A DNA stretch of 46,456 nt from Octopus sinensis (Eukaryota): the NCBI RefSeq assembly GCF_006345805.1, contig NW_021834815.1, positions 1 through 46,456 on the forward strand, in the 5' to 3' direction. Position 1 is the first letter of the stretch, and the number at the start of each line of letters is the position of its first letter. Below are positions 11,864 to 23,124 of this stretch, one piece after another. A model generated the notes under the pieces. The model worked only from the letters and a program-made list of their open reading frames with translations, did no database searches and was not told the origin of the DNA. The position numbers and the translations under genes are program-made.

Positions 11864-13647
11864 TACACAAATACACACACACACAAAGACAAAGACACAG
11901 TTACAACAAAAGATATGTCGCATGCACCACCTCCTTGTCATTCTTGGAGTTATTTCCCAACCGTCTCTTTTTATGCTTCTCTCACAACCAATCTCTCTCT
12001 CCTCGCTTTCATTCTTTCTTTCTCTCTTTCTCACTCATAGACTTAATGTACACGTGTTACTCCTGTATCACTGTTTCTCTTTGTCATCTCCCATTTCTCT
12101 GCTTCAATCTTTCCCCTTTATTCCTTTTTCGTCATTTCTTTTACATTATATACAAACCCCTAGGTCTCTCTCTCTCTCTGTCTGGTACACATACGACTGC
12201 GAGCAGACGACATCATATGATTGTATGTGCACATAATTATATACTGTCGTCTGCCCAGTCAAACTTCCGCTTTCACAAAGCTGCTTCTGCATGGTGATGG
12301 GGGTAAATAAAAACAGAATATGTTGGGATGTCATGAATCCAATCCAATTTATGTGGACGCAGACCATTCCAAGCCGATCAATTCTTGTGACTAACATTAT
12401 TTCTGTCTGTGCGTTTGCAACATTTGCAATAGGAGAGCGGTGTTTTATGGAATTGAAGAACTGAAGAATTATATTTAAATGAAAAATATCTTTACATTAA
12501 TACATTAATAACTACACAGATTGTAACAAAAAGTGAACGAGCAAGCGAGAGAGAGAGAAAGAGAGACAGAGTGTGTGTGTGAGAGAGAGTGTGTGAGAGA
12601 GAGAAAGAGAAGGAAGGAGAGAATTATGGGATATTAAATTATTAAACATTATCTATATTTCAATCTAGTTTTATTAATTAATATCTCGGTAATATTATTT
12701 TTCAGTTTATTTAGGCAATAAAAGAATTCGAAATAATAAATGCAGGACCTGAGGAATAACCAGACATTACAAACAACATTATTTGAAGATTGATAAAGTA
12801 AGAGAACTGCGGTGATAGCGGTTGTGGTGGTAAAACTGTTGGTGGCAAGTAAAACGACGTTGTTGAAGGATAGCTATTGTATTCGTTTATTCATTTATTA
12901 ACCGTCTGTCCCCAAATTGCAGGTAAGCGCTCGAGCTCTTACTTTGACTGTTGCCCTTTCAACCCGTTTGACCCGCTCGAATGGCCTGATTCGACAAAAT
13001 GCGGTGATCAAAAAGCCACAAGGTCTTCTGAGATTGGTCAAAACAGTGCTCCAGTTGCGACTTAAGTCCAGCAGAACATCAGCTCGTTATGCTACACTGG
13101 ACTTCCTCTTTCATCTCGCTTACAATAAGAACAGGTTCAACGCGTCAAAACATCCCCCACTCCGACTTACATCCCCAACCCTGATCTCTGCTACCACTCT
13201 CTTCTCCATTTCAGCCTCACAACCGCCATCTTCGTCAAAGCAGAATTATGGTGTAGGGGTGAGGAAAAAGAGATAAACGACTGATATATGGCTTTGCAGT
13301 TAGATGAACGTTGGAGGAGGGAGGTAGACGGATGAGGGGTGAGTTAATAGGAAAGAAACAGGTGTAGGTTGTTAGGTGAGAGTGAGGGAATGAGTAAGTG
13401 ATAGCGAAAGATTAAGATTGATACAGTGAGAAGGAGAGAGCAGGAGAGAGAGAGAAAGAGAGAAGAGGGGAGAGGGAGCGAGAGCGAGAGAATAAGCAAA
13501 GAGTGGTAAAGGCAACGACCGAGATAAATGGGTTACAGAGCTGATTGAAGAGACACAGAGAAATGGGTAGATACATGGGTAGAATATAACAGGGATGAAT
13601 AGATAGCTAATAGATAGATAGATAGATAGATAGAGAGAGGGATGGAT

Positions 13648-13679
<32 letters not shown>

Positions 13680-13945
13680 TGGATAAATAGAGAGAGAGAG
13701 ATAGCTAGACAGAAAGATAAACAAACAGACAGATAGGTAGATAGATAGATAGATAGATAGATAGATGGACAGAAAGGAAGACAGACACACACAAAGACAG
13801 ATTGATAGAGATGAAGATGTAATAGAGAATAAGGGCAAAGAGAAAGCATCTCTCTCTCTGTCTCTCACTCGATCGGTCTGTCTGTCTGTCTATCTATCTA
13901 GCTATGTCTGTCTCTCCCTCTACCTCTGTCTCTGTCTGTCTGTCT

Positions 13946-14044
<99 letters not shown>

Positions 14045-14305
14045 ATATATTTACATAATACATAGTACATATCCGTGTGTATAAACACACAGACACACAC
14101 AGACCACACAACAACACACACACACACGCATAGTATGTGTGGAAGAGATAGAGAGGCAAAATGAGAGAGAGAGGGAACTGAAGCATAAAATGAGGATGGA
14201 GAGGAAGTACAAATAAGAGAGATAGAAATGGAGATGACATCAAACGCCCAAACTGACCCAAACAATCATAAAAATGTACACATACACACACACACGCACG
14301 CACGT

Positions 14306-14342
<37 letters not shown>

Positions 14343-14573
14343 ACACACACCACACACACACACACACACATGAACATGTATATTGTGTGAGTAAGATTTA
14401 TAGAGGAAGTAATTGGATAAAGAAAGTGCCAAAATGAATACCACAAAAGATAATGTTTAAGCCTACGTTTACACATAAACATACACGTATGCACACGTTT
14501 ATAAGCATATACTTAAATAGGCACACCCGAAAATATGTGATATACGACTCCATCATACGAATATATCTGTCTG

Positions 14574-14657
<84 letters not shown>

Positions 14658-14745
14658 CCTGTCTGTCTGTCTGTCTGACTGTCTATGCTTGACCGCTAAA
14701 TCTACAAGTTTTTTTTTCTTTCTCTCTGTTTATTTTCTCTTGTTC

Positions 14746-14781
14746 CTTTCAGTTGAAGAGCGTAGGCTCGAAACGTAAAAG
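14746..14781 (+). ncRNA. Degenerate type I minimal hammerhead ribozyme motif in a Penelope-like pseudo-LTR remnant
   Basis: CTTT-CAGTTGA-A-GAGC-gtag-GCTC-GAAAC-GTA-AAAG. Helix I CTTT/AAAG and helix II GAGC/GCTC pair perfectly. The core differs from CUGAUGA at two positions. Confidence 0.6.
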
Positions 14782-15304
14782 CCTTTTTTCATTTTCCCGA
14801 GCGTCTAAGTTTTCTGATACTAAGCGAGATGCGACCCCTTGTAATACTCCCTGATGATGGAGGCAGTTATCTAAAATTTCGGATATGAACATCTATTAAT
14901 TTACAAGGATTATTGAAATGGCCCCAGAAATGGCCATAGGAGAATTAATTTGATATTTACCTTGAAAAAAAAAAAAACAACAACGAAAAACCTATGCTTA
15001 ATCTATGAATTATTATTTTTTATACATTATACCCTGGACATTTTATTACCTTATAATCTTTTTTAACACCGTTTGTTAACCTAACATTTACTAGTGAGTA
15101 GGTCTATACCTTTTTAATATGTTTATATTATATTTCTTATGTATTTTTATAGATTTTCATAATTTGTCGTAGATATATGTTTATTATATTTTTAATATTT
15201 TTTGTGTGTCTGTAATTTAGAAACTTTTAGTATTGTTTCAATATTCAATATTTTTAGTATATTTCTGTATTGAAATTTTAATAAAAGATGCATAAAATAT
15301 TTTC

Positions 15305-15689
15305 TTTTCTACTCTAAGCAGAAGGCCCAAAATTTTTGGGGATTAGATCGACTCCAGTACGTAACTGGTACTTAATTTATTGACTCCGAAAGGATGAAAG
15401 GCAAAGTCGACCTCAGCGGAAATTGAACTCAGAACGTAGCAGCAGACGAAATACCTATTTCTTTACTACCCAAAATGGGCTAAACACAGAGAAGACAAAC
15501 AAGGACAGACAAACGGATCAAGTCGGTTATATCGATCCCAGTGCGTAACTGGTACTTATTGAATCGACCCCGAAAGGATGAAAGGCGAAGTCGACCTCGG
15601 TGGAATTTGAACTCAGAACGTAAAGACAGACGAAATACGGCTAAGCATTTCACCCGGCATGCTAACGTTTCTGCCAGCTCGCCGCCTTG
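15305..15689 (-). mobile_element. SINE family A dimer
   Basis: Head at 15689, body, module, then a second body starting GGTATTTCGTCTGC. Confidence 0.88.
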
Positions 15690-15838
15690 ATGCCTTAAAT
15701 ATATTATAATTACTCCTTTTGGCTCGGTTTCTATTGTAATGTTTTTGAGTTGTCGAACCTGTCTGATTTCTCATCTTAATTTGAAAAATATTTATACCTA
15801 GTGTCACAGGTTCAATACTTGAGCACTTCCCATGTCTG

Positions 15839-15885
<47 letters not shown>

Positions 15886-15889
<4 letters not shown>

Positions 15890-17608
15890 TTGGCATTTTT
15901 GTCTCGGGAAACAATGGAGTTGCGCATAAAGTAGTCTAGTCCGGCTTTTACATTTCATGTACTGATACATTTCCTGCAGTGGCCGTGTAGTCCTATCCTG
16001 GACAAACACTCCCTCTGGCAGCTACCGCAAATGTAGCGAAGACTGTTCCTGGCTGGTTGTAATGCCATAGTTTCTTGTCGACGCCTTTTCTTGTCTTTCC
16101 ATTTCTCCTCTCTCTCTCTGTCACTCCCTTGTATTCCCTCTCCTACGGTACGTCGCCAGTCTCCACGGTTGCCGGCAACTGCCTCCCAACCGCTAATATT
16201 GATGTTGCAGGCATTCATGTCCCTTTTGCAAACATCCTTGTAACGTAAGAGCAGTCTACCCACAGACCTAGTACCCCTAGCAAGCTCTCCGTAGAGTATG
16301 TCCTTGGGGATTCTGCCATCTTTCATACGGCTAACATATCCAAGCCATCTCATACGTCTTTGTGTGAGGAGTGCAAACATGCTTGGTATTCCTGCTTGCC
16401 TGAGGACATCTTTGTTGGGGATATGGTTCTGCCATTTGATGCGGAGGATTTTCCGGAGGCAGCGCAGGTGAAAGATGTTTAGGCGACGCTCTTGACGTAT
16501 GTATAGCGTCCAAGTCTCACTTCCATACAGTAGAGTGCTAAGTACACATGCCTGGTAGATCTTCATTTTCGTGGTCTTGGTCAGCTTATTGTTGTCCCAA
16601 GCCCGTTTGGAGAGTTGGGCCATCGCAGCAGCTACTTTGCCAATGCGTATATTGAGCTCAGCGTCGAGGGATAGGTTGTAGGTGACGGTAGAGCCCAGAT
16701 AGGTAAACTTCTCCACCTCTTGTAATCTGTGGTCTCCAATATGTATGTTTGGGATGTCCGATGTAGCCTGACCCATGATGTTGGTCTTCTTAAGGCTGAT
16801 AGCTAAGCCAAAGTCGTTACATGCTTTCTCAAAACAGTTAATGAGCCTTTGGAGGGCTTTTTCTGTGTGTGATACCAGAGCGGCATCATCAGCAAATAGC
16901 ATCTCCTTGATCAGGACGTTTCTGATTTTGGTCTTGACACGCAGGTGCGAGAGATTGAACAGTTTCCCGTCACTTCTACTGTGCAGAAACACTCCATCAT
17001 CTGATGCCTGAAAGGCATGTGACTGCGGCAGCGAGAAGAAGATGCTAAACAATGTAGGAGCGAGGACACAACCTTGCTTTACCCCGTTTTTTATTTGGAA
17101 GGCGGCTGATGTTGAACCGTTGTGCTGTATGGTGCCTTGCATGTCATCATGGAAAGACTTGATGATCCTCAGCAGCTTTGGTGGACATCCGATTTTTTGG
17201 AGCAGGGTGAAGAGGCCTGTTCTGCTTACCGAGTCAAAGGCCTTTGTTAGATCAATGAAGGCCATATATAATGGCATTCTCTGCTCTCTGGACTTCTCCT
17301 GAAGTTGGCGTATGGAGAATATCATATCGATAGTTGATCTGCTTCTTCTAAAGCCACACTGCGATTCCGGATAGATTCGAGAAGCAAGTAGTTGTAGCCT
17401 GGCCAGGATAACGCAGGCAAAGGTCTTTCCAACAGTGCTTAGAAGAGATATTCCACGGTAATTGTTACAATCACCACGGTCACCTTTGTTTTTGTAAAGC
17501 GTAATGATGTTAGCATCCCGCATATCCTGAGGGACTGTACCCTCTTCCCAGTACTGACACAGAAGCTCATGAAGGTGCCGAAGCGGGATGGTGTTTTTGC
17601 GGGCTTTG
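15886..17608 (-). mobile_element. RTE-clade (BovB-like) LINE, 5'-truncated, uninterrupted RT ORF
   Basis: ORF 15955..17655 contains [44 protein letters not shown] and a C-terminal CxxC/HxxxC motif (YICGSCQRECLSRIGLHGHCRKC). The first ~15 residues are microsatellite read-through. (TA)n lies on both sides. Confidence 0.95.
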
Positions 17609-17972
17609 ATATATATATATATTATATATATATATACACACACACACACATGCACATATAAATAATATTCGTAGCCACTTCAACATGAGTGTCCGTACGA
17701 ACGGACTTTTTTAACCCCAAGAGGACATCTCCTCTAGCTGATTAACGATACACAGCCGCATCGAGATATTGCAAGCAGGAGAGCGAACGCCTACCACCTT
17801 CTAGCGACGGGACTAGCAGACCAGCCTGGTTTCTGGTTATTTCTACCCCTCTTCAGTTCTGGATACCTCGTCTTCTAGAGATGGCCGTAGCTTGCAGTAT
17901 GTATCGTTTCAAACCAAGTACAGTCGCTGATTTTGTAACAGCGCGCAGTAGTTGTACTAATACAAATATAAA

Positions 17973-18316
17973 GGCGCAAGCGCAAGCGTGGCTTTGAGGT
18001 AAGAAGTTTGCTTCCCAACCACATGGTCGCGGTTTCAGTCCCACTGCGTACTACCTTGAGCAAGTGTCTTTTTCTATCACCTCGGACCGACCAAAGCATT
18101 GTGAGTGGAGTTGGTAGACAGGAACTGAAAGAAGGCCGTCGGATATATATATAAATAGTGGCTGTGTGGTAAGTAGCTTGCTTACCAACCACATGGTTTC
18201 GGGTTCATTCCCACTGCGTGATACCTTGGCCAAGTGTCTTCTATAGCCTCGGGCCGACCAAAGCCTTGTCAGTAGATTTGGTAGACGGAAACTGAAAGAA
18301 GCCCGTCGTATATATG

Positions 18317-18358
<42 letters not shown>

Positions 18359-18585
18359 GTATATATAGTGCGTGCGTATGTTTGTATGTCAGTGTTTGTC
18401 CCCTCAATATCAATTGACAACCGATGCCGGCGTGTTTTTAAACGCCGTAACTTAGCGGTTCGGCAAAAGAGACGGATAGAATAAGTACTAGGCTTACATA
18501 GAATAAGTCACACGGTCGATTTGCTCGACTAAAGGCGATGCTCCAGTATGGCCGCAGTTAAATGACTGAAATAAGTAAAAGAGTA
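17973..18585 (+). mobile_element. Two tandem SINE family B copies (5' half 17973-18142; full copy 18157-18585)
   Basis: Repeated heads and CORE-like segments; the second copy has a (TA)n linker and GTAAAAGAGTA tail. Confidence 0.9.
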
Positions 18586-18593
18586 CCCCAAAG

Positions 18594-18846
18594 TAACCGG
18601 CAACGTTCTCGGTGGGACAAAGCCGTTGTAGTTCAGCTTACCAAGGATGCTGCCATGAGCAAAACGCAAGTTTACGAGTGGTTTTCATACTTTAGGAATG
18701 GTCACTTGTTGCTTGAAGACCAACTTCATCCAGAGCGTTCGTCGACCTCCGAAGAAATGAAAACATCATGAAAATTCATGAACTGATCTTGGAGAACCAT
18801 CACTGGACAATTGATGAACTTGTTGATATGACTGGTGTACCCTGGT
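18594..18846 (+). pseudogene. mariner transposase fragment (HTH region)
   Basis: KDAAMSKTQVYEWFSYFRNGHLLLEDQLHPERSST, then after a frameshift KIHELILENHHWTIDELVDMTGV, matches the mariner N-terminal HTH / RSGRPST region. Confidence 0.85.
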
Positions 18847-18968
18847 TATGACTGGTGTATCCTGTAAATGATTATTTACCTAAAATTTAGTGAAATACAT
18901 CCACTGAATTTTAGGTAAATAATCCTTCGAACAGACGGTCAGTAGCGACGCCTGCTGGGTTCGGCTAC

Positions 18969-19011
18969 TCCACATTGATAAGGGGCAAATACCCCGAAAC
19001 TAGTCTGTAGA
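18969..19011 (+). ncRNA. Type I minimal hammerhead ribozyme motif with a U3/A8 core variant
   Basis: TCCACA-TTGATAA-GGGG-caaata-CCCC-GAAAC-TA-GTC-TGTAGA. Helix I pairs 5/6, helix II 4/4, helix III is the palindrome ACTAGT, and the GUC triplet predicts cleavage after 19005. Confidence 0.7.
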
Positions 19012-19264
19012 TGCCAGACCAGCAAGGGGAAGCGGCTGACCTCCCCTGTTCGAAGGTTATAATACACACAGGTTCGTGTGCCACATAGCAGTTAGAGGCG
19101 ATGGCCTCTTGGAGCTAATCAACGGCAGCATTCGTCCTATTTTACTGGAATGGCATGTTAGCTCGGCGATAACTGTTAATATCCAGTACCGCTGCCGTAG
19201 TCTCCTTTAGAGAGACTTAGAAATATTAATTACATATATACATACATATGTATATCCATACATA

Positions 19265-19876
19265 CATAAATGCATACATATATTCTTTTATTCTTTAACT
19301 CGTTCCAGTCATTTGACTGAGGCCATGCTGGAGCACCGCCTTGAAGGGTTTTAGTTGAACAAGTCGATCCAAGGACTTATTTTTTAAAGCCTAATACTTA
19401 TTGTATCAATCTCTTTTGCTGAACCACTAAGTTATGGGACGTAAACACACCAACACCGGTTGCCCAAGTGGTGGTGTGGGACAAACACAGACACAAAGAC
19501 ATGCACGTGCGCGCACCCCCACATATATATGTGTATACACACACATATTAAGAGAGACGATAAGAAATGGAGCAAAAATTAACAATGAGAAGTGGGTCAT
19601 TGGTGTTTTAAAGTCATTATTTAATTAAGATGATCCACTTCTCATTGTTAATCATTGCTCCATTTCTTATCGTCTCTATATATATTAAACCACGGTTTTA
19701 CCTTTAAATTACCTACTACCGTATATCTTATAACAAGGAACATACATACTGAGGTAATGCAACAGGAGTGACTATGGATACATCTATCCCTTAGAAGGTT
19801 ACATTACCTCTAACAGATATCTTAGACTATATATATATATATCTACGACGGGCTTCTTTCAGTTTCCGTCTACCAA
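19265..19876 (-). mobile_element. SINE family B split by insertions in its linker
   Basis: 3' half at 19265-19500; the start of the 5' half (CGACGGGCTTCTTTCAGTTTCCGTCTACC) is at 19845-19876; a palindrome and unknown DNA lie between. Confidence 0.8.
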
Positions 19877-20398
19877 GGAAGCGAACGACACATTTTTCGA
19901 TCACACGACACCTTTGATTCCTGTAATACCTTAATCCAGTTAACTACTCGGAGCTCCAAATGTACTTTGTCAATTTGCCAGACAGAAACTATCCTCACAA
20001 GCACATCCCTATACATCTTTCACGCAAGCAAATCTTATAATCGACAGACTACAGCGAATAATCTGTCGATGGCTGTGCTGTAATAGTGCAGACGAAGGCC
20101 ATTACTGAGAAAAGCTATGGGAAAGCACCAACCGCATTCACCTTGAAAATTTTTTATTTACCACTGCAGCTCTTACAAGCCTACCATAAGAAAAGAATAT
20201 CGAGTTCTTTTGTGCTTCATTTAGTTTTTAAATCCTTTATTCTTCTGCCTGCTAAGTTGCTCTTTGAGTCTTCCGATCGCGTGCGCTGGTCCACTGCATT
20301 TCTGAGAATCAGAATGATAAGGGAGTGTATATGCAACTTGGGTAGAACAAATATTACAAAATTTAATCAGTAAATTTATCCCCTTCTAGCCTTCCAGT

Positions 20399-20400
<2 letters not shown>
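19877..20400 (-). pseudogene. Possible highly decayed L2/CR1-group LINE ORF2 segment
   Basis: Minus-frame PKLHIHS…SEDSKSNLAGRRIK…LFLW*ACKS loosely resembles the EN-RT linker of that group; many stops. Confidence 0.3.
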
Positions 20401-20433
<33 letters not shown>

Positions 20434-20609
20434 TGCGAAAGTATCTTGGTCGGTCCAAACTAACAAAGCCATCGATTCTAACCATGAACATTCCTCTACC
20501 CTGGAAGATTGCGTCCAAGAGCAAGCCTTTATTCTTACTAGCCTCTTCTCCTCTGTGTATGTGCGTGGGGGGGGGGAGTTGCCCTGATCTTTAGATATAT
20601 GCTACTATG

Positions 20610-20800
20610 TGCCTCATTCCTAATGAAGGCAACTAGCATTGACGACTTCACCAAGTCATTTCTTTTCAGAATGTCGGCTTACTGGAATTCTCTTCCCGCG
20701 CTTGTCTTTATCACAGATATTAATTTTCAGCGGTCCAAGAACATAGATGGCATCAATTTCATTACTCTTGAAGGACCTGGAAAAGCCTTTTGTAGGGCTC
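20610..20800 (+). pseudogene. 3' end of a LINE ORF2 (L2/CR1/Jockey-group style)
   Basis: DFTKSFLFRMSAYWNSLPALVFITDINFQRSK matches the typical C-terminal FF.R....WNSLP..VF....NLQ.FK motif. Confidence 0.6.
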
Positions 20801-20835
20801 CTTCTTCCAGTTTCAGAAAAAAAAGACAAGGACAG

Positions 20836-21088
20836 TTGTACACTATTTACATTGTTTACAATTGACGGATATTTGTCCTCATCATGTTTGTTAACACAAC
20901 GTTTCGGTTGACATACCCTCCAGCTTTCATCAGATGTCTTGGGGAAATTTCGAAACTGGGTTCTCATTCCTAAGGTATTTTTCAATGTTGTTGTTGTTCT
21001 TCTTATTATTTTTCAGGTCACTGCCTGGAATCGAACTCGGAATCTTGGGGTTACTAGCCTGCGCTTTTAACCACTACGCCATATACCC
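20836..21088 (-). mobile_element. tRNA-Thr(AGT)-derived head joined to a hammerhead-containing body (candidate ribozyme SINE)
   Basis: Head 21088-21013 has A box TGGCGTAGTGG, B box GAGTTCGATTCC and anticodon loop CTAGTAA. Body carries GACAT-CTGATGA-A-AGCTG…CAACC-GAAAC-GTT-GTGTT at 20938-20893. Tail is TGTAAACAATGTAAATAGTGTACA. Confidence 0.65.
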
Positions 21089-21363
21089 GTGGACAGTTGT
21101 GTCTAGAACATCTTAGATCATGGGTATGTTCGACCAGTAGTAGTCTGTAACTGCAACAACAGGAATATATCGACATTTATTCCAAGAACTACAGTCGATG
21201 TAGGCATGGCAATATGGTTGAGAAACTCGGTTTGTAAACACGTGGTTTGAGGTTCAATCACATTACGTGTCACTTTGGTCAAGTATCTTCTACTATAGCC
21301 CTGGGTCGACAATTTGTTAATGCGTTTGGTTGATAGAAACTGTTGAAAGCCGTCATATATATA

Positions 21364-21463
<100 letters not shown>

Positions 21464-21469
21464 CATACG

Positions 21470-22625
21470 TAGCTGTGCGGTAATAAAGTTGCTTCCTAAC
21501 TACATGGTTCTGAGTTCAGATCCACTGCGTGACACCTTGGGAAAGTGTCTTCTACTACTACAGCGTGAGACTGACCAAAGCCTTATGAGTGGATTTGGTA
21601 GACGGAAACTGAAAGAAGCCGTCGTATATATATCTGCGTGCGTGTTTTGCGTCTGTGTTTGTCCCCCCCACCGTCGTTTGACAACCGATGTTGGTATGTT
21701 TGCGTACCCGTATACATACATATACATACATATATATATACACACACACATATATATATATACAGACACATACATGCATACATATATATATATATACAGA
21801 CACATACATGCATACATATATATATACAAACACATACATGCATACATATATATACACACACATATATATATATATATACACACACACATATATATATATA
21901 TACACATACATATATATACATATACACACACATATATATACACACACATATATATACATATACACACATACATATATATACATATACACACATGCATATA
22001 TATACATATGCACACATATATATATATACATATACACACATATATATACATATACACACATATATATATACATATACACATATATATATATACATATACA
22101 CACATATATATATATACATACATACATACATATATATACATACATACATATATATACATACATACATATATATACATACACACACATATATACATACACA
22201 CACATATATATATACATATACACACATATATATATATATACATACACACACACATATATATACACACACATATATATATACACACACACATATATATATA
22301 CATACACATATATATACACACACACATATATATACACACACATATACACACATATATATATATATACACATATATATATATATATAGGAATCTATGTATG
22401 CGTGCACGTGTGTCTATGTGTTTGTGTCTGTCTTCCACTCACTGCTTGACAACTGGTGTCGGTTTGTTTACGTCTCCATGACTTGGCATTTCTGCCTAAG
22501 AGGTCGATAGAATGAGTCAGACTTTAAAAAAAAAGAAAGACAAAAAAAATAGAAACAATAAGTACTGGGGTCGATCTGTTCGTCTAAACCCTCCAAGGTA
22601 TTGCCCCAGCATGGCCGCAGTCCAA
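21470..22625 (+). mobile_element. SINE family B with a ~670-bp compound (TA/CA/TACA)n expansion
   Basis: 5' half 21470-21625, tail 22425-22625; repeat tract about 21715-22385. A degraded family B head also lies at 21200-21355. Confidence 0.88.
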
Positions 22626-23124
22626 TAAGCAGGAGGGAAAAAAATGATAGTTTTGATTTATCGATATGACAATGAATTTCAAGGAGTTAACTTGTATATT
22701 GTTTCGTTGTATTTAGTAAATAAATGTTTTCTTTTTGACTTTTGTCAGATATTTTTTATGTTTGCATTCCTCATTTAAATTGTTCGAAGACACAATTTAT
22801 CTTCTCACATTTGTAAAAGCTTTTGATAAACCTCTTTGCAATTTACGCAATGCTTCTGTTTCGTTTTATTATGTAAAAATGAAAGTTATCTTCACTTATC
22901 CATTTTGAAATGACGCAAATGCTAACAATTACAAGAAAGAAAATTTATGTGACATAACAACAAAATTATTTAAGCTTCTTTTTGTTTTATCATTATTTTC
23001 ATAAGATAATTATCCAATATTACATAAAAATCTTTCTAAAATAATTCACGAACAGAATAGTTGAAAAAGCAGTGATATATTCTCATTGGTTTCGTAAAAT
23101 ATTGGTTTGCAAACAATATAAAAA

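Noticed and set aside
14851-14890. Intact CTGATGA core
   Set aside because: Helix II does not pair convincingly and there is no GAAA, so it is not counted as a ribozyme.
21013-21088. Functional tRNA-Thr(AGT) gene
   Set aside because: Acceptor, anticodon and T stems have several mismatches; treated as a tRNA-derived head.
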